Source: a virus (taxonomy: Duplodnaviria; Caudoviricetes). Taken from it: a stretch of 56,788 nt of DNA. The first letter of the stretch is position 1; each line of letters starts with the position of its first letter. Of this stretch, positions 35,485 through 42,960 are shown in pieces. The DNA lies in IMG/VR virus record IMGVR_UViG_3300042868_005444, positions 1-56,788 of that record. One strand, 5' to 3'. Both the position numbers and the translations under genes were made by a program. The notes below the pieces were generated by a model that saw only the letters and a program-made list of their open reading frames with translations, did not search any database and was not told the origin of the DNA.

Positions 35485-38196
35485 TTATCCGGCGTCCCGG
35501 TCGTGCCGTGCAGTATAGCGCGAAGTGAGAGACATTGCACGGTCGATGTGCCCCTGACCCCGAACAGGCTTTTTCGTGTCGCACGACTTCAGCCAGTGCT
35601 TGAATTCCTTCATCGACATGCGGACCACGGCGCGTTGCCGCTCGGGCCCTTTGCCGTCGGAAAAGCCGTCACGGTACGCCTTGGTGGCGTCTTCGCGGGT
35701 CCGATACCCCAGCATGACCTTGTGCTCGTCAAAGTCGCCGGTGCGCAGATCGTGTTGGTCAATGATGAAGACGTGGTCGCTCTCGCTGTCCGGGCCGATG
35801 CAGACGTCAACGTGGTCACCATCCGCCCCCTCGGTGCGCTTAATGTAGCCGTAGTCGTACGGGAGCTTGACTGACCACTTGTGCCCATTCGGGTCCACGC
35901 CTGACCGCGTCTGACCCTTCATGCTCTCGAGGGTGATCGGCAGGCCTTGGAAGCTGATGTGCCCCTTGAGGTAGTTGCCCGCCTTCTTCTGAGCCTCGGT
36001 CGGATCGGGCAGCACTGCGCCGCCGGTGTTGAAGCCGTAGCGGCTTTGGCGCTCAAGGCCTCGGCCCACGCTTTCGATGAAGCGTTCGTTGATCGGCTGG
36101 AGCTGTTTCTGCTCCTCGGTCAGCTTGCGATATGTCGCCCGACCCTTGTCATCCTGAGAGTACGGGTGAACGATCTGGCCCTTTTTGGTGGGCTTGCCGA
36201 TGAGGGCCTCGGTTACGTCAGGCATGGCGTACTGGCGCTGAACCAGCGGAACGTCGGCAACGTACTCACCGGCAGATGGGTCGGTGTAGGTCGAGTGCTT
36301 GAACGCCGTCTCCTCGCCACGCAGCTTGTCGGGGTCAAACTGAACGATCCGGTGGCCCAGCATGTTTCCGGGCGTGGTCAGAAGTTCTGGGTCGGTGATT
36401 GCGGCCCGCGTGACACCAACATGCGGGAAGCCACGGTCACGCCAGTAGCTGCTGTCCATGAATTTGATGAGGCCAGCCCGGTGTACGCCGGGGAGGTTGC
36501 GAGCAAAATCGGATGCCTCTTTGGAGTTCAGGATGCCGGGCCAGCTCTCCATCGCCGCAGCGCCTTTGGCGCGATCCGCCGGGTCCATATGAAGGCCGGA
36601 GCGAACCGCCGCGTCGAATTCTGCGGCGTCGTCTTTGTGGATGGCGTCCTTGTCGATCTGGGCCGCGACCGCGTCGAACATGTTGTGCGAGCTGTCAACG
36701 GAACGAGGCCCCATCGGGGCGAGAACACCGTACACGGGGCCCTTTTTGGCCGCCTCCCTGATCTTCTTGTTGAAAGATGTCGTGTGGGCCGCGCTATTTG
36801 CCCATACCGCACCGGGGTTCGGCTCAAGCATGTACTTGGGCCCCGCATGCAGGTCGACGTCCCAGTTAAGCTTCTTGTTATTGATGTGGGTCAGGCGACC
36901 AAGGTTTGACCGGTCACCGCCGACGTTGATAAGAGTACCACCCTTGATCTTCTGGTAGGCCTGCTCCCAAGTCATCGGGTTCCGCTGCTTCAAGTTGACG
37001 CCCGGAATGTCAGAAATCTGCGTCTGAACGTCGGTTGGTGCCATCGACTGTTTGACTTTGTAGTAGCTGCCGGTCCCTGTCTCGCCCGCCGTCTTTGTCT
37101 TCATGGTTTCAGCAATAGCCAAAGCCTTTTTGACCATCGCCGGGTCATCTGAAAACGGCGTGTTGATGCGACCAATGGCTTTCTGGATGTCATCACGGCT
37201 TGCATCCATACCCGGCAGGCCGATAGCGGCAAGCGCGCGGGTCAAAGGGTGGTCTTCAATGCTTCCACCGTCCGCATACCCGATCCGACCACCGTTTTTC
37301 GCGCCCCGCATGGCCCGCATGACGTCGTCGTGGGTGGTTTCCTCGTTTCCGGCCTTGTCCCAAATCGCGTGGTGGGTCAAATGCTGCCGGAAAGGCTCCA
37401 AACCGGGGTCCATTTTGGGATTTAGGGCCGCCTGACGGGCTGCGAGGCGGTCAACAGCCGCATACCCGGCCTTCGCCATGGGCTTTTTGGCCTCAGAGGT
37501 GGGCATTCCGGTCTGCAGGATGACCTGACGGGCGTCAAGGGTCGGCTGATCGCCCCGACCAAGCATGGAAGCGACAAAACCAGCTTTCGCCGTGCCAATC
37601 CCACGCATATCCTTGGAGAAATTGCGCCATTCCTCGGGTGAAGACTGGCCGGTGAGGGCCCGTGCGACCAGATCGGACACCTCTTTGTGGCGCGGGCCGA
37701 GGTTTTGGACGGCCCACGGCAGGGCATCCAGCTCCGCGTTCAGGCCAAACGGCTTCATGACCTGCTGGGCATGCGCCACAGCCTCTTCGTCGACCTTTCC
37801 GCGCTCGGCTTGGTCGAGATAACGCTGCCCCATGGGGGTGTGCAACCACTCACCCATCGCGCCCTCGGGGCGGATCATACCGGTCATGCCGGGCGGAAGA
37901 TCAAGACCGGCGGCGCGGACCTTGTCTGCGGTCTGGGCGCGGCGCTGGATCGACGAGCGAGTGATCGCATAGGCCTTGATGAGGTCGCGCGGGGTCAGGC
38001 CACCCTTGGTTGCCCGGCGCGCGGTCTCGTCCATGAAGGCACCGAAGCGCTCGACGTGGCTCGGGATTTCGGGAAGGCCACCCAGCTTCTCCTGAACGTC
38101 GCGCAGGGGGCTCCAGTTCCAATCCTTCATCTTGGGGTTCTCCGGGTCTTGATACCCGGAGACAAGATCGAGTGCGCGCTTTACGGCATCAGACAT
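35485..38196 (-). CDS. modular (polyvalent-type) protein: HhH-GPD glycosylase-like + unknown + inorganic pyrophosphatase-like domain
   Basis: [17 protein letters not shown]...LDARQV...HHAIWD; [13 protein letters not shown]...[17 protein letters not shown]...DQ...FDEHKVMLG; domains separated by YADGG and FNTGG. Confidence 0.75.
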   Translation of the reverse strand: MSDAVKRALDLVSGYQDPENPKMKDWNWSPLRDVQEKLGGLPEIPSHVERFGAFMDETARRATKGGLTPRDLIKAYAITRSSIQRRAQTADKVRAAGLDLPPGMTGMIRPEGAMGEWLHTPMGQRYLDQAERGKVDEEAVAHAQQVMKPFGLNAELDALPWAVQNLGPRHKEVSDLVARALTGQSSPEEWRNFSKDMRGIGTAKAGFVASMLGRGDQPTLDARQVILQTGMPTSEAKKPMAKAGYAAVDRLAARQAALNPKMDPGLEPFRQHLTHHAIWDKAGNEETTHDDVMRAMRGAKNGGRIGYADGGSIEDHPLTRALAAIGLPGMDASRDDIQKAIGRINTPFSDDPAMVKKALAIAETMKTKTAGETGTGSYYKVKQSMAPTDVQTQISDIPGVNLKQRNPMTWEQAYQKIKGGTLINVGGDRSNLGRLTHINNKKLNWDVDLHAGPKYMLEPNPGAVWANSAAHTTSFNKKIREAAKKGPVYGVLAPMGPRSVDSSHNMFDAVAAQIDKDAIHKDDAAEFDAAVRSGLHMDPADRAKGAAAMESWPGILNSKEASDFARNLPGVHRAGLIKFMDSSYWRDRGFPHVGVTRAAITDPELLTTPGNMLGHRIVQFDPDKLRGEETAFKHSTYTDPSAGEYVADVPLVQRQYAMPDVTEALIGKPTKKGQIVHPYSQDDKGRATYRKLTEEQKQLQPINERFIESVGRGLERQSRYGFNTGGAVLPDPTEAQKKAGNYLKGHISFQGLPITLESMKGQTRSGVDPNGHKWSVKLPYDYGYIKRTEGADGDHVDVCIGPDSESDHVFIIDQHDLRTGDFDEHKVMLGYRTREDATKAYRDGFSDGKGPERQRAVVRMSMKEFKHWLKSCDTKKPVRGQGHIDRAMSLTSRYTARHDRDAG
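35512..35540 (-). promoter_or_regulatory. putative sigma70-type promoter
   Basis: GTGCAA (35540-35535) - 17 bp - TATACT (35517-35512), about 45 nt upstream of ATG 35468. Confidence 0.45.
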
Positions 38197-38236
38197 GGAT
38201 GGCCCCCTGTACGTTGCCGGGGAGCATATCAGATCA

Positions 38237-40009
38237 TCACCGCTTGGTGAAGCGTCTGGTCAGGGCGAGGGCCGCGTCGACCGAACCACCCCGCTTGAAG
38301 GCCGAAAAACCCTTGTCGAGGATGCTGTTTTTCATGGTTTCGGTCATCGGCAGGTGGAAGCCCTGATAGTCGCCATCATTGCTTTGCAGCGTGATTGGCT
38401 CGCCGGGCTTGGCCGATGGGTCGTGCTGCTTGGCCAAGGCCATCACGCTCTTCGGCACGATGTTGTCGTAGTAGCCCTTCATGCCCTCGCCGCCAACCTT
38501 CAGGTCTTCCCCTGCAAGGTTGTGAGAATATATGCTCGGGTCTTGACCAAACGCCGCATCGCCTCCACGCTTTTCTGAGCTCAGGAGCTTCTGCGCAACC
38601 TCCTTGCCAATCAGGGAACCGAGGTGATTTTCGTCTTTAACTTGCTCGGAAAAGGCCCTGCGCCCATCATTATCCCAAGCGTTCAGCGTACCGAAGGAGC
38701 TGGCATTGGGGTCTCGAATGAGCTGTAGAGCCGAAACCTGCTTTTCCAGTCCGTAACGGTCGGCCTGCGCCTGTCCGGGGGTGAAGACCACGCCGTCATA
38801 GTTGCCCAGTGCGGCCTCGCGCAGGACGTTTTTCAGCGCAAGATCGGTCCAGTGCTGGGTGTTCTGGACGTAAGGGGCGGCGGGTGGGCCAACCGACTTT
38901 GCAGTATCAATGTCTGCCGACTGATCCTCGGGTATGGTGCGGTAGGCATCCCATGCCTCAGAGTAGGATGGATGTCGAGAAAGGACTTCCTTTGTCTTCT
39001 TGTTGAAAACCTCATAGGGGTTTTCGGGGTCGGAGAACCCTTTGTCACGCCCCTCTTGCCCCCAGTCGGACTGCAGCTCCTCTACATGCAACAGGCGTTT
39101 TCCGATACCCGGAGCCGAGTGGTGCTTGCTGAAGGGGAAGTTCATGACCCGCGCAAACGAGGCCGCCTCTTCCGGAGAAACCACGCCGTCTTTGACGCCC
39201 TGATCTGCGGCGTACGATCCGAGGTCTCTGATCCCAACCTTAAAATGATCTGCTAGCTTTTGAGCGATGGGCCGCACAGTTTCGCGGTCTTCACCAACCA
39301 TGCGGTCGGACATGCGGATGTGGGCCAGTACGTTCGGGTGATCGGACCAATGGCTTGAGCGATACGATCCCGTGTCCGGGTTTCTTCGCTTCACCGTGGT
39401 GGTGTTGTAGTCACCACCGTGCCGGTCGTAGAACTCGTCTGCAGCCAACTGCGCCTCGTCCAGCGTCTCATACTGGCCAAATCTGGCGTAATCCGGGTGC
39501 GAGGTGTGGACTTCGTAGTGTTCTGCGGGCTTGCCCGTTGGTCTTTCCAGCCGAAGCAGCCTCTCGCGGTAGTATCTGCCGTCGGGGATCGTGTAGTCCC
39601 CATATTGCGTGTCGGCGGTATCGAGGTAGTCATCGTCGCTTTCATAGCGCGAAGTTTCAACATTGGGTCGGCTTGTACGCCGCTGGCTGATACGATTGTA
39701 TTCAACCTCTTCTTCTGGAGACAACTGATCGCGGCTTATAAGCTCAGACCCGCGCCTCTCGTCGTCACGGGTCGTGTATCGGGGGTTCTCGCCGTACTGG
39801 GTGACGCCAAGGTTTGGAATGGCGTCTTCAAAGTGCTTGGCCAGAGCCTCGCGGGTGATAGGGCCGGTGGGCGGCTTTGCGTTGTCGATCTCGACCTGCT
39901 TGATCCCAAGCTTCTTGGCCGCGCCGATCATCTGTTCGGCGGTGCCTTTTTCCTGCGGCAGGGAGCGAATGATCTGGGCGGCTTTGGAGTAGAGGCCGTG
40001 CTTGTTCAT
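38237..40009 (-). CDS. polyvalent-protein-type protein with EExQSDW domain
   Basis: LYSKA...KGTAEQ, SHW...NVLAHIR..DR, LHVEELQSDWGQ, W..LALK, GMKGYYD; ends FKRGGSV. Confidence 0.7.
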   Translation of the reverse strand: MNKHGLYSKAAQIIRSLPQEKGTAEQMIGAAKKLGIKQVEIDNAKPPTGPITREALAKHFEDAIPNLGVTQYGENPRYTTRDDERRGSELISRDQLSPEEEVEYNRISQRRTSRPNVETSRYESDDDYLDTADTQYGDYTIPDGRYYRERLLRLERPTGKPAEHYEVHTSHPDYARFGQYETLDEAQLAADEFYDRHGGDYNTTTVKRRNPDTGSYRSSHWSDHPNVLAHIRMSDRMVGEDRETVRPIAQKLADHFKVGIRDLGSYAADQGVKDGVVSPEEAASFARVMNFPFSKHHSAPGIGKRLLHVEELQSDWGQEGRDKGFSDPENPYEVFNKKTKEVLSRHPSYSEAWDAYRTIPEDQSADIDTAKSVGPPAAPYVQNTQHWTDLALKNVLREAALGNYDGVVFTPGQAQADRYGLEKQVSALQLIRDPNASSFGTLNAWDNDGRRAFSEQVKDENHLGSLIGKEVAQKLLSSEKRGGDAAFGQDPSIYSHNLAGEDLKVGGEGMKGYYDNIVPKSVMALAKQHDPSAKPGEPITLQSNDGDYQGFHLPMTETMKNSILDKGFSAFKRGGSVDAALALTRRFTKR

Positions 40010-42960
40010 TTGATCGCTCCGCCATTGGCTCGATAGATGTTGGGGTCTTCCGGGTCAAAGCTCGCCGCGTCCTTGTGTTTGATCGCGGTCGGCTTGAAGA
40101 CGACGATCTCGGAGACGCCATTTCGACCCTTGCGGATTACGCCATCATGGCCATTGGCCAAGGCCGAATTTGTAAACTGATCGACCTCATGCGGCTTCAG
40201 GTTGTCCCAAGCGTTCATTTTGTCGGCACCCGTCATGACGCCAAAGTCCTGAAGCTTTCGCATTGTGCCGTGAGCTTTTTCTGGGGAGGATACATCCCAG
40301 ATAAAAGGGTTCTTCAAGGCGGCATGAAGGGGGCCCATGACCGATCCGTCGCCGCGATCCTCCTTATCGGCATAATACTCTGCATCACCCTTACGGGCCG
40401 TCAGATAGTGGCCGCGACCGTAAAAGCCGGGATCGCGTTGACCCAGCTTCTCGTCCTTAAACTCGCTGAACCCTTCGCTGGGCGTACCGTGCCAGAGCTC
40501 CAAAGGCTTGCCCTGCTCGTCCTGCAGGTCTTCGTGGATACCCTCGAACATGGCGGCACCGCCAGCGGCGAACGCGCCACGCGGCAGTCGCGGCAGGTCG
40601 GCTGTGCCAGCGGCGTCGTTGATGGCCTTGACCTCTTCGTCCGGCAGGACACGGTTGACTTTCATGTTGCCGCCAATCAGCCAGTTGCCGGTCATGTTCG
40701 GGTTGGTCTTGTAGCGATAGAACCCGCCCAGCGGGACTTGATCGGTAATGTGAGCCTTCACACCCTTACCACGGCTGTCAGCCACCGACTGCCAGTCCTT
40801 GTCGGCTGCCATCTCGACCTCGGCCCAGACGTGGTTGTCGGGCCGGTAATCGGGTTTCTTCAGGCTCGGGTCGGACTTGCCACCGATGTGGGTCGCCATA
40901 GGCAGATCACCAGCATGCCATCCGGGTCGGTATGCCAGATCGCCGAGCTTGGACTTGACCTTGCCCTGCGACTTGCCCTGCGGACCCTCTTCGGCCTCAA
41001 GCCACTCACCCATCGGGACGGGCTTGTCGGCGTTGACGAACAGCGGGTAGAGATTGCCATCACCCTTGGTGCGGAACAGCTTGTAGGCCTTCACGGTCTT
41101 CTGCGGGACGCTCACCTCGCCGCCCTCTGCCTTCGTAATGTCAGGGTCGGCGGGGTCGAACTTTGTGGCCGACAGGGCGCTCTTCACCTGCTCGGGCTTG
41201 AACGCGACATATTCTTTCGTCCCGTCACCCCTGTCAGCAATAATTCCGTCGAACCCAGAGTTGCGGATGGTGTCGTGAAGCTCGTGATGGCCCCACTGGT
41301 TGACCATCGTGCCGTGAGGTGTGTCGCTCAGGAAGACGTCACGCATGGTGGCCGTGCCGTCGTCCAGCTTCTTCATGACAGCCCGCGCCTGTTCGCGCTC
41401 ATTCTGCGGGAGATTGTACTTGTTGAAGACGTTTTTGATGTAATCGACCCACGCCGGGTGTCTCAGAACGTCATCGGTAAACGGCTGCTTCATGCTAACA
41501 TGCAGCTTCATGACCTGCCCGTACGGCCTGACCTCGGGCTGGTCAGCGCGGATGCCCTGCGCGTAACCGCTCGCCGTCTTCGGGCTGTCGCTCAGGTAGA
41601 TGCCGGGCCCGTAGTTACCATACTGAGATGGCTTGAACGCGCGGAAGTCTTGACCAGCGATGTTGCGGTCAGTGGCCTCTTGGTCCACCTCAGAGGTCCA
41701 CTTTCCGTCGCCCTGATAGTTTTGTTTTTCGACAATCTTGGGTGCGTTGCCGTGATACAGCTCGTCGGGCACGTCCGGGTGGTTGCCCTTCATAAATTCG
41801 ACAGCGCCCCCACGGGCCTTCACGGCGCGCAGGTCGCCCATCTTCTGGTAGCCAGCGGCCCTGACGCCGTCGAGGTACGCGGTTCCCTCTTGGAACCCGT
41901 CCACACCCTCTTTGCCGGTCTGATACCGCAGCATCGGGATGTACTGCTTGCCCTCGTGCTCGATGATCGTAGGATCAGTGCCCATCCGCTCAAAGCTGCG
42001 CAGGGCCATGGTGGTGGGCTTCCACGCCTGCATGTATCGCCCGGTGATACGCATGGGGTGCGCGCTGCCCTGCAGGGTATCGCCGACCTCGTAGCCGTCG
42101 AACACACCGGCGTCGACCGCCTTCTGGTGCGCTTCCATGGCGTGGGTCATCCGGGTGTGAATGTCGTCCATCACGCCGGTGTGGAACGTCTGCAGCTGCT
42201 TCTGTTCGCGCGCCTGACCCAGATCGGCAACCTCACCACCATCCGCATAGCCGTAACGCTGCGATGCCCAGCCCTGCGCCCAGTCGGGGATGCTGTCGCG
42301 GCTGTGAGACGGGCCCCATGCGCGCTCGCCGCCGACGTCGAAGTGCATGTTGTTGTCGTAGAAGCCGAAGCCCCGAAACCCTGCGTTCCATGCTGCGTCT
42401 GCGAGGGCCAGCTTGTCCTCTGGCGACCAGCCGGTGGTGTTCACATCATAGGCGTTGCCGTGGGTGTGCTGGCTGTCCTTGGCTCCGCCGACACGCTCGT
42501 TGTGCTCAGGGTCGCGGTACGCGCTGACGATGCCGAAGTCCTGCCCACCCCAGCCCTTGCGCAGTGCTTCCATCGCGGCGGTGGCCTCGGGCGTTAGGCC
42601 CTCCGCTTTCGCTTCAACGCGATCCGCGTGGGGCTTGGGCTCTTCTCCCTTCTTGGGATACACCAGATCGGCAATGCCGGTGGCGGAGTTGCCGATGCTG
42701 GCGAGGCTGCCGAGGGCGTCAAGGAGGCCCGGCTGGCGCTGGGCTGGCAATGCACCGGCGACCGCGAGGCGACCAACCGGCAGGGCTGCGGCTGGAACAT
42801 AGCCGCCGTTGGCATGCACCTGACGCGGGACGTTGGGAAGATACTTGGACGGTGCGATCTGGCCTTCGGCCCGTTCAACGGCGGTCTTGGCCCGGCGCTT
42901 CTCGAGAATGCCACCCAGTGTCAGCTTGGCGGCCCGGATGGCTTTCTCGTGATCCATCAT
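40006..42960 (-). CDS. modular (polyvalent-type) protein: peptidase M15 + unknown + ART-like + unknown + ART-like
   Basis: SAYRDPEHNERVGGAKDSQH..GNAYD...HFD; LYHG...GPGIYLS...GFDGI...EYVAFKPEQVKS; LWHGT...GRGHYLT...GHDGV...EIVVFKP; six GG motifs at domain borders. Confidence 0.8.
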   Translation of the reverse strand: MMDHEKAIRAAKLTLGGILEKRRAKTAVERAEGQIAPSKYLPNVPRQVHANGGYVPAAALPVGRLAVAGALPAQRQPGLLDALGSLASIGNSATGIADLVYPKKGEEPKPHADRVEAKAEGLTPEATAAMEALRKGWGGQDFGIVSAYRDPEHNERVGGAKDSQHTHGNAYDVNTTGWSPEDKLALADAAWNAGFRGFGFYDNNMHFDVGGERAWGPSHSRDSIPDWAQGWASQRYGYADGGEVADLGQAREQKQLQTFHTGVMDDIHTRMTHAMEAHQKAVDAGVFDGYEVGDTLQGSAHPMRITGRYMQAWKPTTMALRSFERMGTDPTIIEHEGKQYIPMLRYQTGKEGVDGFQEGTAYLDGVRAAGYQKMGDLRAVKARGGAVEFMKGNHPDVPDELYHGNAPKIVEKQNYQGDGKWTSEVDQEATDRNIAGQDFRAFKPSQYGNYGPGIYLSDSPKTASGYAQGIRADQPEVRPYGQVMKLHVSMKQPFTDDVLRHPAWVDYIKNVFNKYNLPQNEREQARAVMKKLDDGTATMRDVFLSDTPHGTMVNQWGHHELHDTIRNSGFDGIIADRGDGTKEYVAFKPEQVKSALSATKFDPADPDITKAEGGEVSVPQKTVKAYKLFRTKGDGNLYPLFVNADKPVPMGEWLEAEEGPQGKSQGKVKSKLGDLAYRPGWHAGDLPMATHIGGKSDPSLKKPDYRPDNHVWAEVEMAADKDWQSVADSRGKGVKAHITDQVPLGGFYRYKTNPNMTGNWLIGGNMKVNRVLPDEEVKAINDAAGTADLPRLPRGAFAAGGAAMFEGIHEDLQDEQGKPLELWHGTPSEGFSEFKDEKLGQRDPGFYGRGHYLTARKGDAEYYADKEDRGDGSVMGPLHAALKNPFIWDVSSPEKAHGTMRKLQDFGVMTGADKMNAWDNLKPHEVDQFTNSALANGHDGVIRKGRNGVSEIVVFKPTAIKHKDAASFDPEDPNIYRANGGAIK

